Source of the DNA: Paraspadella gotoi
Lineage: Eukaryota; Animalia; Chaetognatha
Length of the DNA: 64,000 nucleotides
NCBI GenBank assembly: GCA_051294375.1
Contig: CM119264.1
Location: 7,631,695-7,695,694, forward strand
Direction of reading: 5' to 3'
The notes beneath the pieces are model-generated. The model did not search any database and was not told where the DNA came from. It saw nothing but the letters and a program-made list of their open reading frames with translations. The translations under genes and the position numbers were made by a program. Of this stretch, positions 1-12,615 are shown in pieces (position 1 is the first letter of the stretch; the number at the start of each line of letters is the position of its first letter).

Positions 1-272
1 AGGCTCGGGCGATCTCCGCAGGAAATGGAATCGCCGAATCCTGATTGGTCAAGCCTGAAACCGGAATCGACCAATCAGCTTGCAGACTCATTGGAACTGT
101 AAATTTAACCCACGTCGCCCATCCTCTTCCTTTGTTATAAATAGACTTAGTTTGTTCGAGTTTCTGTAGCATTGATCAAGACTCCTGCGCGTGTCTCACC
201 GTCACCTTTATTCTCAGAATAAAATCTCAGCTTGATATCGCCCATAGAAATCCATGAGTTTTTCCTTTAATG
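1..272 (+). mobile_element. Probable 3' part of an LTR (5' end outside the window)
   Basis: CCAAT/ATTGG boxes at ~44, 71 and 90, TATAAATA at ~136, AATAAA at ~218, then a TGG-initiated tRNA-complementary tract at 273. No gag-like ORF follows, and the canonical CA end is absent (reads ...TTAATG). Confidence 0.5.
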
Positions 273-312
273 TGGTTGCAGCGGTGGGATTTGAACCCGC
301 GCCTCCGAAGAG
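273..312 (-). pseudogene. 3'-half tRNA-Leu copy including CCA (extended primer-binding site or retro-copy)
   Basis: Minus strand reads CTCTTCGGAGGCGCGGGTTCAAATCCCACCGCTGCAACCA: long variable arm, T-arm, acceptor 3' strand and CCA of animal tRNA-Leu (AAG/TAG type), with about 3 differences from the consensus I recall. The 5' half is missing. Confidence 0.8.
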
Positions 313-835
313 GTAAAAAAAATCCAAATTTCAGATAAAATGGTATTCTGGGAAAATAAGGCCGAATGTCGTATGTTTGATCTCCAATTTTGGCGAAGAG
401 GATTCACGTCGAACAAACGTTTTCGATTTTTTTTTTTTTATCTTTGAAATCGTCAGTTTTCGTATGTTCCTTTAAATTTCACTGCACGTTTTTCCTTTTT
501 TAAATTGTTAGTTATCGTTCTTCAAGAGGACAAGATCCTTTCGACGCGATTAGTCCTGTTATCTACGAACCCAGACAATAATAATGAAACTGACAAATAA
601 ACAAACTAAACCAAGAAAAACATAGAAGTCGCCGATGAAGATTCGTTAATCTAGATAATTTTCGATTCCCAGTTGCATCGAGTTATAAACAGCAAAGAAG
701 ACAACAACAAAATCTGTCGACGGCAGAGATTCTTTTTCTTTTTATGTTTCGCCAGAAGTAGAAAAGACAGAAAAATTTTGGAGAGGGAGACCATCTCAAA
801 ATGCTTTGTGTCTCTCTGTTGAAACGACTATTATG

Positions 836-883
<48 letters not shown>

Positions 884-1009
884 AAAGAAGGAGAGCAACA
901 CGGGTTCATCGCAGCGTCAGAGACATGCAAACTTTCCAGTATGAATTTATTTCCTCGACATACCCTGTTCTTTTCTGCCTCTCTCCCTTCTTTAGTTTAG
1001 CTTTTATCT

Positions 1010-1347
1010 TTTTTTAGTTACGCCGCGAGTACTCGCGGGAGCAACTCTATAAGTCACTTTTCGGTCGGTCTGTCGGTCTGTCCGTCGGTCTGTCCAACTT
1101 AAAAATGCATATAATTTGCCTATAGTTGGTTGCTCATTTGTTAAGACAGAAAAAAACCTCAAATCTCAGGGACTGCTAGCGCCGCCTTCAGGAAATCCTA
1201 AAACTTTAAGGAATCAAAGACGGAATTTCGATGCAGTGCATGTCATAAATACAAGACTAAGAAAGTTTTTTAATAATATCATGTCATGTCATATAATGTG
1301 AAAATAAAGTCACCGCGGCGCAAAACATTAGAATCACCATTCTTGTT
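1010..1347 (+). mobile_element. Helentron/DINE-1-like non-autonomous element, copy 1
   Basis: T-run start, perfect 16-bp palindrome CCGCGAGTACTCGCGG (1023-1038), GTCG/GTCT-type microsatellite, AAGTCAC repeated near both ends, terminus ...TTCTTGTT. A clear second copy lies inverted at 28056-28292. Confidence 0.65.
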
Positions 1348-1424
1348 AATCTTTTTGTTGCTTTTCTCACGGTTTTTTATTCATTTATTTTTTTTTTACT
1401 TCCTTTTTTAATCATTTATTTTTT

Positions 1425-1480
<56 letters not shown>

Positions 1481-1631
1481 TTTTTTTCTTTCTTTCTTTC
1501 TTTCTTTTTTTCTTTTTTTTATTTCTTTCACGATTTGATTATGTGTCTCTTTTTTTTCTTTATTTCTTTATTTCTTTATTTGTTTATCTCTTACATTTCT
1601 TTTTAGTTCTTTCTCTCTTTTCTTCTTTCTC

Positions 1632-1663
<32 letters not shown>

Positions 1664-1750
1664 TTTTCTTTTTTTTTCTTTCTTTCTTTCTTTCTTTCTT
1701 TCTTTTTTTCTTTCTTTCTTTCTTTCTCTCTTTCTTTCTTTCTTTCTTTT
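1425..1750. repeat. (TTTC)n microsatellite arrays
   Basis: Directly visible; source of the F/L/S-rich and K/E/R-rich ORFs. Confidence 0.95.
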
Positions 1751-4374
1751 TTTTCCCCATCTCTCCCTTTCTGAGTATATGTCTCGTGGGACTAAATCTT
1801 TTCCCAAAATTTTTTCGAGGTCGACCGCATTGAAAGAGACGCGTCAGACATCATGAAACATTTCGGAAAGAAAAGCGTAGTTACCATCTTGGTCATAGTA
1901 CAAAATGCCTTTTTCGGTAAAATATGTAGTTAATAAGTAGACGAGTTTGTCAATATAGTTTTGCTTGATGGTAAAAAAAATAGGAAATGATCAATTAGTT
2001 AACTAAGTGTGAAAGTGCGTTGGAAATTAAAAAAATAAAATAAATGATTTTAAATGATTTTAAATAATGAAGCACGAGAAACTAAAGCAAATGCTTTTTC
2101 ATATAGAAATCAATTAAGACAAATTTTAGAAAGATAGCAAGAGTAATTAAAAAGTATCGTTGATAAACCTTTTTTTATCATACATCTTAATCCTAATAAT
2201 TATATTATTATATTAAATTTTCCAGCAGTGGAGATAGTAAGACTTAAAAAATTGTTGTATCTTCACGTAATGTTTTTGTTTCGTAGGTTGTGTGAGTTTA
2301 AACTTAATTTAAATGATAATTCAGCGTTGAGGTGTTTTCGGATTTAAAGTTTATTTCGTTAAATCCGGACATTGTAGAGAGCGGAGAAGGATGCAAACAA
2401 AAAAGACAGAAAGAAAAAGAAAATTGAATAAAAAATCGTTTCGAGTGGAATATTCCTACGCAGATATTGGCCACAAAGGGATGCGACGACGCCGCCCCGA
2501 ACCGGCGCTCGCGAGACCCGGCGTTCTCGACGCCGCTTCACGGAGAGAAGAGAAGAAACACGAACGACCGTCATATCATCACACTATGCGGATAGATGGG
2601 ATGGTTGAAACGAAAAAATAAGGATTTTTGAAAACAGGAAAGAGAGAGACTAGATCAAAAAACGACACGAGAGAGATGAGAAGAGAGACGAGAGAGGGAG
2701 AGATGAGAAGAGAGAGAGAGGCAGGACGAGAGACGAGAGATGCAGATGAGGATGAGATGAGAGAGAGTCTAGGTCATTATTCTGTCGTACGTGATTGGAA
2801 GTTAAATAAAAATCTACTAGATTTCGAAAAAGGAAAAAGAAGAGAGAGAGCATGAATGAGAGAGATGATAGAGAGAGAGATAGAGAGGGAGAGAGAAGAG
2901 CAAGAGAGCAGAGAGAGAGACGAGAACGTAGAGGACAGAGAGAGAAGCAGAGCAAGAGGGAGGAACACGCAGAACGCCGTCAGTCTTGTCCACACTCCTG
3001 TGCAATGGAAAGTTGAAACAAAAAATATAGATTTTAAAGAAGGAATGAGAGACGGAGATAGGGAACGTGAAGATGAAGAGAGAAGAGAGAGAGAGAGAGA
3101 GACCCTGAGAGAGAGAAATATGAGAGAGAGAAGAGAGTAGAGAAGAGCAGACGCGCAGAGACGCCGAGAACGCGCGCGAGATTAAGAATATCACGGGGAG
3201 ACGTGCAGCACCCATCTCACCCGAGCCGGGGAACCTTCCCTCCATCCTTCCCACTCCTCATTTTTTTCATCCTAATCCTCCTCCTTCCTCCTCACTCCTC
3301 CTCTTCCTCAGAGTCATCCAATGTCGTCCTCCAACTTCATCTTATTCACTCCTCATTCCTCATTTTCTTCCTCCATTTTCATTCAACCCCGCATCATACT
3401 TCATCATAATCCTTTCTCGCACTTTCAACAGCTCTCTTTTCTCCTCTCTTCCTCTTGTTATCGTCCTTCCTCCTCCTTCTTCCCTCCCCCTCATACTTTA
3501 CTCTTTCAGAATACTGCCAATTACAATTCTATTCTCCTCGTGCCAACTCACCCCACTCATTGCCTTCGGTGAGACGACGATATACGATCGCTTCCCTCCC
3601 TGCCCTCTCCAACCTGTCCTCACAATATCCTTGTCCTGATCAACCTCTTTACTTTTTTTATTTACCGCTCACAATCCCTTTTTTGGAAAGGACATCCCTC
3701 TTCTTTCATATANNNNNNNNNNNNNNNNNNNNNNNNNTCCATATCTCCATCTATTTTTATTCTTTATTCCTTTATCTCCCAACTCGATTTTCAACCATTT
3801 CTCCCGAGTAGTCACTTGACCACGCAAACTACAGTCGCGTGAGAAGAAAGTAAATGCGTTATGCTTTGTGCAATAAGTTGGAGAGGTTGGTTTCGTGCAT
3901 ACGTTCCATACTAATATAGTCACTCGATCATCTGATAATTTGTGCACCTGTGAAAGCCACTGCGGCGAAACCATTGATCTTGCCGGATCCTGTTTTCTTG
4001 ACTTCTTTCGGGCTTCACTTTTTTTTTTTCCATTCTCTTGCATTTTACAGATTTATTCATCTCATGTTTCCTTTTTCGTCTTTTCTTTCCCGCCTCCCTA
4101 ACTTGTGATTCCTCAGGCAGAATCTGCATAATCATTATGATTATGATAATGTTAAACCTTTCTACTCCTTTNNNNNNNNNNNNNNNNNNNNNNNNNGAGA
4201 AAGAAGAAATACGGAGGAACTTATGTAATTCATTTTTCCATACTTTTTTTTGCTCTTTCTCGTCGATCCGTTTTTTTATTACAGGATTTTAGCGTGAAAT
4301 TCGGATCCAAACATGCTGGGAACGGAATTAAAAATGATCGAAGGCTTGGTCTGATATTTTCATTGAAATCAATT

Positions 4375-7133
4375 GTCACCGGTGGGGGTGAAAACCAAAA
4401 AAGAAAAGGAAAGAAAATTGATGAAGATGAGAAAAGGAAAAAAGAAATTCCGAGGGGGGGAAATAAAGCAGAGTTGAGTTAACATGGGATCCAATTGTAG
4501 GCATGCAGTTGGCCGCATTGATCGACTTCATAGTTTGAGTACTTTTGAAGAACTTTTGTGATATCCAGGTGGTGAAATCGGTTTCGAGAAGATTTACCAG
4601 GTAAATTTTTGAAGGAAAATCTTCCGGTCATTTTTCATTCATTCATTCTTCCGATCTAAATGTTTTCCCATCGCTACAAACGCGTTAAGTTAGGTTTTTG
4701 CCCATTAAAAATAGTTTTTTGTTGGTCATGGTTAATAATAGTTAATAGTTGGTCATGTTAAAATAGTTTGTCTGGTCATGGTACTCGTTAGAATAGACCA
4801 ACTCGAAGCCTTCATCTTCCTTTTCTAAAAACAAGGCAGTAGTTAATATTATAGGATTAGGCTGTTAGAAGTGAGTCCCAAATAAAAAATACAGTGAGTC
4901 TAGAGCAATACGAAATATATTTTGCTACTGTCCCATACATTCTGGAGAGACTTTCTTTGCTGAGCTCTAATAATATGGTTCGTGACAAAGTTTTTTCAGT
5001 TGAATAGTTTTTTTTGGAATGATTTCAATCTCCGGAAAATTTTTTAACCGGTGAGCCATTCTCTTGGGTTTTACCGTCCCATATTGGTATTAATCGGTCT
5101 CGGACCCCGGGTTCTTTTGGAATATTTTTTTATATTAGGGAAACAAATTTCTTAAACTCAGGATTCCCAAACCTTTTTTCATAACTGGTTTGTTATATTT
5201 TTTGGTAGAGAAACTGGAATAATGTTAATCTTAAGTTACGCTCTAAATTGGGGCCCATGGATGTTTGAAGAAATCGATCAAATCAACAACCAAAATTCCG
5301 TCCTCCTTTTTTTTCAACATTTTCGCCTTTTAAGATTTTTTCGCCGATTCTGACTTTCCTCTTTACATAACTTAATATTCCGGTTAGTTTATTTTTTTCC
5401 TTAACGAGCGAGGCATTATCTCACAACCTTTCTGTTATTTTATGACTTTCTTGTAAAAAATTTATAATTAAATTTTTAACATTGGATATTATAATGAAAG
5501 TATGATGATAGACAAGGTGATGTCTTGTGTAGTAGCCTGGTAGAGAGTTCAAAGCTAATATGTAAAAAATTCGCAGCTATTGTTATTATTGAACTATGGA
5601 ATGACACGTATCACAGGCCTGAAGCAGAGTTGAATGTTTCCCGGCTGTCATTTGCAGTAAACCCATCACCTGTGTCTCGTCAGCAGAAAATAGGATTGTA
5701 TTTTGTTGTGCCCGGTGGATAAAGAAGATATAAATACTTAGGCTTTGTCGGATTGGGTGAATAATGATTTGTGAATTTTGTCAAGCCCATCGCTTGTAAT
5801 CACGCAGGTCCAACCAAATATTGAAAGTTTAAGGGTAGCAATATTTATATTTTCTTTATCCAGATATTTAAATGCTTTTACTGAGTAGCGATTCTAGCCC
5901 TCTCTGTCTTTTTCCTTTCACAGATCAACTTAAAGATCAGAGAATGTTAATTTTATTTATTTTATGGGGCGTCCTTCCCATTAGTTTTAAAATCTCCATT
6001 AATAAATTTTTTGAGCTTAGTTTGACATCACCTTCGTCGGTAAAGAGGTTTAAGCCCAAAAATAATGTCTATCATCATTGTAACTTGTATGTGCCCAACT
6101 CGATTTATGAGCCTTCATTTTGGGTCCACTATATATGAGCATACCTTGTCCATCTTTGTTCCTCTCCAAGAATTATATACAAGGGAAAAAATCAGTTTTT
6201 TTTCTCCTCAACCTTTTTCTTTTAAATTTCTTATTACCCTAATAAATTTCATGTTTGTCCAAACCCAGACCAAGTGACCTTTACGGCACGTTGGTTTTAC
6301 TAGTGAGTGCAGTTTGTCCAATAATGAAAAGAAAAATGTTGGCCAATGATTTCTTTGAGACCATAGAGCGCGTTTCCCTAAATTCTCCAATAGATTCGAA
6401 GCTATATTATTTATATGTGTACATACCCTGTCCCCTCGTTTATCCAATTTTTGGAAAAAGCCAAATTTCCTTGTCATTCTGAGTATGTAAGGCCGCAACA
6501 TAGGTTTGAAATATTCGTCCGACATGTACAGTGGCCATTTCCCTTCTCTGGCTTCGGTTTGATATTAATCTTTATCAACTGCCAAGGAACATTTAGGCAA
6601 GCTCTTAAGTAATATAACGCTAGTCGGAATCGGGTGTGTTTTTTTACAAACGTGTTTTTTTTACCGACGGAATAAGTTCTGGCAGATTCGTTTGCTAATA
6701 GTTGGGTTAGCCAGATTTTAATCGGAAATTCTATTAGAAAAATCTTGAATTTTTTTTTAAGCGACGATTCTCGTCTATTGTTATAATAAATCTGTATGAG
6801 AATAAAATAATATAATTGAATCGAGGAGGCGTGCTTTATGTCGTGAGGGAGTTACAGACATAATTCAAATTGTTAGGCGCCTACTTATTATGAATATATA
6901 AATGAATACAACACCTAACACGTACGAAGCAAGGACGACAACTGAAGACAGACGAAAGACATGAAGAGGAATGCGAACAACGTCAAGCAGGATTACTGGA
7001 GTTTAAAAAAGAGTCAAAATACATCTGGAACGATAACAGAAGAAGAGTGGTGTTGGAATATGAGAGGGAGAATATGGATGACGTTGCAAGGAGGAAGACG
7101 AGAAAAGAGAGAGAGAGGAGAGAGAAGAGAGAG

Positions 7134-7165
<32 letters not shown>

Positions 7166-8085
7166 AGGGTGTTTAAAAAAACGTTGGTGAACAGAAGAAG
7201 AGACACAAGAGTAGCTTGAGGACTATAGGATTTATCGGCAGATGGGAGGTAGAAGTGAAAATTAAAAGGGTATTTTGATTTTTTAAACGCCAGGTAATCC
7301 GTTGACGTTGTCGTTCTCTTAGTCGTCGTTGTCGTCGTTGTCGTCGTAGTTTTTAGGTGTTGTTTCTGTTTATATAAATAGTAGCGGTTAACAATTGAAT
7401 TATGTCTGTATAGCGTCCCTCACGAAAACACGTCCTCTCTCATTTAATATTTATTTTATTTTATTATTTTATTATAAAAGATATATTCAAAAGAACCGGG
7501 TCGAATAAACAAATGCGGAAACCAAGAAAGGACGTTTAAAATTTTCCGTTGATAAAATATTCGCTGCTGTTCGCTTTTGCAGGCAAAGAAAGCAGATGGA
7601 CGCCAATATTGCGATTGCTCACTCTACTGTATTTTTATTGGCCACTTTAAACAGCCGAGCGATAAAATTTTTTTTTTAAAAAGGAAGATAAGTTCGTTGT
7701 CGTAATTCGTAACGATACCATGACCAGACAAAAAACTATTTTAACCATGACCAGACTATTTTAACTATTTTAACCATGACCAGACAAAAAACTATTTTAA
7801 TGCAAAACCTAACTTAACGCGTTTTCTATGCGAGAAACATTTTAGATCGGAATGGAATGGAATGGAATGGAACTAATGACCGGAAGATCTTTCCTCAAAA
7901 AAATTCTCCGTGATCTTTCAAACATTTCACACCTGATTCACAACTTCCAGCCTCACCTTGAGATTAACATTGGCCACTGCTGCCTACATTATCTCCATTA
8001 ACTCCGTTTCCCCCTCGTCTTATGTCTTTTTCCTCTCATCTTATCATTTCTTCTTTTTTTTTTTGGTTTCAACCCACACCGTCAG
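4375..8085. other. Fold-back (inverted) duplication, probable raw long-read artefact
   Basis: 4375-5140 plus 6780-7022 match the reverse complement of 7270-8085 with dense single-base indels. 5140-6780 has no counterpart in the other arm. Begins just after a 25-N gap. Confidence 0.8.
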
Positions 8086-8148
8086 CACTTATTCCCTATT
8101 ATTATTCATTCTTCCACTTCCTCTCTGTTAAAAACGGAGAGAGAGAGA

Positions 8149-8222
<74 letters not shown>

Positions 8223-8956
8223 TAACGCCGAGCGCGAGCGCCTGAATTATGGGGGTGTGAAGTGACGAGCAGAAATATCGATTATGGCACAATTGTTCCC
8301 ATCTCACAATCTACATCGGTTTCTTTCCAGGATTTTCCAGTCGTCGTCGTCGTCGTCGTCGTCGTCGTCTTTTTTGTTTTCAGCGCTTGCAGCCAGCCTT
8401 GACCAACGATCCTCATTATTGTCAGTTTCAACCCTTGGTTTATTTTGCGACTTCCTTCTGTCCTTAGCATTAGGGAAATCTTACTTTTTTACATAGGGCT
8501 TAAAAATTTGTTTTGAATTGCTAATCATAGCTGGAATCCAACCGTTAAAACTTTTCGAAAGAATTAGTCCGTGTGGGGAAGTAAACCTGTCTTTTTTGCT
8601 TGATTTGCCTTTAATCTGAATATAAATCGAGATGAAGCAAAGTTAGAGAAGCAAACAAAAAAAAACACATAAATGGGCTGGAAATTCAGAGAAATAATAT
8701 TAAGAATAATGTGAGTAGTCATTTTGATCAGAAAGAAGTGAAAACAGTTGGAATCAAGAAGCATTTGTATGCATTAAATAATTTTATGCTTTAAAGAAGA
8801 AATATTTTTATGCTGTCCTAGGGAGGTCATAATATATATTAAAACCTATTTACCAATGAAATTAACCAACATTTCCAACCGGAAATTTTTCTCATCAGTA
8901 AAGCGCTTTGCCATCCGCTTGCTTTCTCTCTCTCTCTCCTCCTCTCTCTTCTCGTT

Positions 8957-9026
<70 letters not shown>

Positions 9027-9198
9027 AAATCAACGAAATTTGATTTGAAAATTTTATGAAACTTTCGGTAAAATAACTGACATATCATAATTAAAATTAT
9101 TAAAAAAATAAGCTTTTTCTCATTCGTTCCTAATTTTCGATCGTGTCCCGATCTCCGTCTTCGCCACGCAGCTCTATCCGGTATCCAGTGTCGGGGCG

Positions 9199-9444
9199 TC
9201 ACCATATAAACCAATGGAAGCCCTTGACGGAGCCTCTCTCCTCTCTCCTCTCTCCACTCTCCTCCCTCCTCTCTCTTCTCTCCTCTCTCCTCTCTCCACT
9301 CTCCTCCCTCCTCTCTCTTCTCTCCTCCAACTGCTTCACTCTCTCGGCGACGGCCTCGCGCTCCTTCTTCAAAACCTCTTTGATGCGCTCCACCAAATTC
9401 CCTTCCACATTCGGCGCCGCATCTCCGTCGTCGACACCGGCCAT
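9199..9444 (-). CDS. Small (81 aa) charged/coiled-coil hypothetical protein
   Basis: AAAATGG start context; MAGVDDGDAAPNVEGNLVERIKEVLKKEREAVAERVKQLE...; preceded by a 76-nt GTAAAT...CTAAT...TTATTAG intron (9453-9528); contains a perfect in-frame 42-bp duplication. No family recognised. Confidence 0.4.
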   Translation of the reverse strand: MAGVDDGDAAPNVEGNLVERIKEVLKKEREAVAERVKQLEERRERREESGERREERRERREESGERREERGSVKGFHWFIW

Positions 9445-10127
9445 TTTCTCCACTAATAAAAAATATAAAAAGTTTCAAAGTATAATTTAATTAATTAGTC
9501 GAGCACGAAATCGATGACGGCGATTTACATAGTTGGCCTTGGACGCTCGCGTGGAATAAAAAACCGAAGACGAAGAGAACAAAGAACATCTTTTTCAATT
9601 CCATATTTTTTTGTTAGTTTTTTCTGAACATTAAAAAAAAAAAAAAAAAAATTAAAAAATGTTTAAATCGTGAAAAAAAAAATCGGAGGTGGTAAACGAA
9701 GGTTTTTTGGGATTTTTGTTATGGGAACAAGTTAATTTCAAAGAGGGCGCTTTCGGTGTAACGATAAGGAACGCGTGTGAGAGAGGACGGCTATTCATTT
9801 ATTACATATTAATTTATTTACTTGTTTTATTTCGGAATTAAATTTACTCATTTTTGTGACCATCTATTTAAAAGAAAAAAATCATTATAATAAAATTACG
9901 ACAAAAAGCAATATAAAAGAACGATACGGAAAAGCAACAAAGCAAATGACTACTATGATTCTTATTGGTAGGGTAACGCCTTTTTCATGATAAATATTTC
10001 TACAGCCTGCATACCCTGCGAGCTTTCAAGCAAGAGTCTCTCGCAGTCCGGAGAGCAACTGGCGGCACATTTAATGAATTAGAATCAAATTTTAATGAAC
10101 AGTTTCGATTTTGCTCCTTTATAAAAT

Positions 10128-10360
10128 TATCTATTCATTTTAAAAATAAGCTATCTTGCCCCTGACTTTGGACAGGCTTTGGTGGTTTGAGGCCTCCATC
10201 ACTCTTACAAGATAATGACATAGCAAGTCCCTGCAAGCTTTCAATGAAGACTCTCTCACAGTTAAGTTTATTCATTCCCAGAGTACCTAGCTTCCCTATC
10301 AATGAAGTGGTATAATGTTTCAAAGAATATTTCAGTTGTATGAAAAGACCACTCCCTTAA
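10128..10360 (-). mobile_element. Interspersed repeat family A, copy 1 (possible Penelope-like element 3' end)
   Basis: Homologous to 14724-14992, 35235-35435, 53016-53104 and 54425-54505. Translation HSLKHY...LGxN...CERVxIESL...CKSDGGL loosely resembles the C-terminus of the Penelope GIY-YIG endonuclease. Confidence 0.6.
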
Positions 10361-11181
10361 TGTTATTATGAAAATTGCTAAATTAGTTGTTTCACTATTT
10401 TTATTTTTTTAAAGTAAGAGTAAGAGTGATGGAGGCTTAAAAGTGAGTTTGGTGTGTTTTGACGAAGCCACTGGTCTTTCTAGTATTTGATAGTCTGTTA
10501 AGTCAGCGTAAAGATTAATGGCCACTTCACAACACGACTCGATGACTTTGAAAGATGATGACGACGACGACGAAATCCGCGGAAAACTACGATGACGATG
10601 ATGACGACGATAATGACGGCGGCGAAAGTAACGGTTCGCTATATTGTCAAATCTTCTAATTGTGCTAGAAGACGAAAAACAGAGAAAATAACAAAGGTGA
10701 CAAAGGTGTTTTAAATAGAAGTTTAATTAATGTCATTTATAATAATAAGCAGAATTTTCATAGGCTTAGTAATCAGAACTTGACACACAACAAACATTCC
10801 CCATTTTAACGACTCGTTTTAAAATCTAGTTTCTTATGGCGCGAACGATTTAGTGAATCGATAAGATTTTAAATTGATTAAAACGACTGACCGATTGGTA
10901 TACGAAAAACGGTGGATTAAAATGAAATTTCTCGGCCATCGACGACAACGACAACAACAACGACTACGACGATAAAGCTCATGGAATACGACCCGCGGGA
11001 AGGTCAACCGAAAGCNNNNNNNNNNNNNNNNNNNNNNNNNNNNNNNNNNNNNNNNNNNNNNNNNNNNNNNNNNNNNNNNNNNNNNNNNNNNNNNNNNNNN
11101 NNNNNNNNNNNNNNNNNNNNNNNNNNNNNNNNNNNNNNNNNNNNNNNNNNNNNNNNNNNNNNNNNNNNNNNNNNNNNNNNN

Positions 11182-12615
11182 AAAATGAAGAGCGAAAAAA
11201 AAAACTGAAATAGAATTTGACGTCATCGAAGTCGGTTGATGATTTGGGACGGAAGGGGCTGGGGTGAGGTTCGGGTGAGCTCGGGGTGAGGCTGGGGAGA
11301 GATTGAGCAGAGTAGTAANNNNNNNNNNNNNNNNNNNNNNNNNCAATCTCTTCGTTCTCTCCTCTCTCCATTTCCCTCCCCTCTCTCCTCTTCTTCATCT
11401 CCTACTCCATGCTCCCTCCGCTATCCATCCGCACCCCTCGCCTCGCTCCTCGCTCGACTCACCTCCCGCGCCTCCGTCCCACGTTCCTTCCTCATCCTCC
11501 TGCTCTCTCCTGTCTCCACATCCGTACTCTCTCCCCCTCCTTCTGATGCCTCTCCTCTCCCTCTCTCCGCTCTTCTCTCTCTCTCTCTCGTCTCTCTCTC
11601 TCTCATTGCCGGAGGTTGGGTCGGATGCCAATCTCGAGCTCGAGCCGCGCGAAGACGAACCAACAAGCGCCATAAGCGCTTCCCTCTCTCTTCTACGCTC
11701 CTCACTTCTCTAACCCAGCCGTCGAAAGGTCGGAGAGTCATATCCGCGTCGGTGACTCATCGAAAAAAATGTAGCAGAGATCCTCTTACCTTTCTCTAAC
11801 CCGACCCGGGGCGATTCGCGCGGTCTACTCGGGTGTGCCGCCGAAGGAATCCGCGAAAACCACAATAATACATCTGAGTTCCGTCACATTCTCGACGTCC
11901 GAACTCAGTACTCCTTCTCATCTCAAACCTCCTCCTCTCCTCCTCTCCTCGCTTCTCGTCTCGTCTCCTGTCCCCGGCTCCAGCGCGCTCGCTCTACGTC
12001 GGTCCCTCTCCATCTCACTCTTGCTCATCGCTCTTCTCATCTCCCTCGTCTCTCCGTCTTCCATTCGCCTCCTATAGAGATCGTCCATTCTTCTACATAT
12101 CTACTTCTCTTCCTCCACGCTTCCAACTATACGTCTTCTACTCTCTCTCCACCGTGAGTCACGCGTTGTCCTCTCCTCCGTGAACGCCGCCCATGGCCCA
12201 CTCGATAGTCTCATCCGTGCTTCACTGGGGAGCCTCCCTCTCGGTTCTCTCTTCTCAGCTTCTCTCATCTCTCTCATCATATTTTCCAAACTGTTTTTTA
12301 AACCATTATTCCTTTCGGCGTCACAAGATTTTCCACTCCAACATATCTAAACTCTCGCCCGATCCTCTCCTTCATGCCCATCAACGAGTTTACTTACCGC
12401 CATACGCTTACCCGATTTACACTTTAACTCTACTCCTGCTCACGATCTCGTTCCCGGGCCAGCCCTCATCCCCGAGCTCACACTCGCGACACTTCATTTT
12501 CTCAACCCCCCCATGGCTCTGACATCCCTTCGTCCCAAATCATCAACCGGACTTCGAAGATGACGATCAAATCTCTAATTTCATTGTTTTTTTTTTTCTG
12601 CGCTTTCTTCCATTT
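11182..12615. other. Noisy inverted duplication around a 25-N gap (assembly artefact)
   Basis: 11182-11318 matches the reverse complement of ~12420-12615 with many insertions; the sequence between is degraded CT-rich read sequence. Confidence 0.75.

Noticed and set aside
7085-7115. GGAGGAAGACGAGAAAAGAGAGAGA resembling a SMRTbell adapter at the fold-back centre
   Set aside because: Consistent with the artefact idea but indistinguishable from local AG-rich sequence.
4700-7820. Apparent TIR transposon with sub-terminal 26-bp repeats
   Set aside because: The inversion covers the whole arms with read-error-type indels; it is a fold-back, with no transposase.
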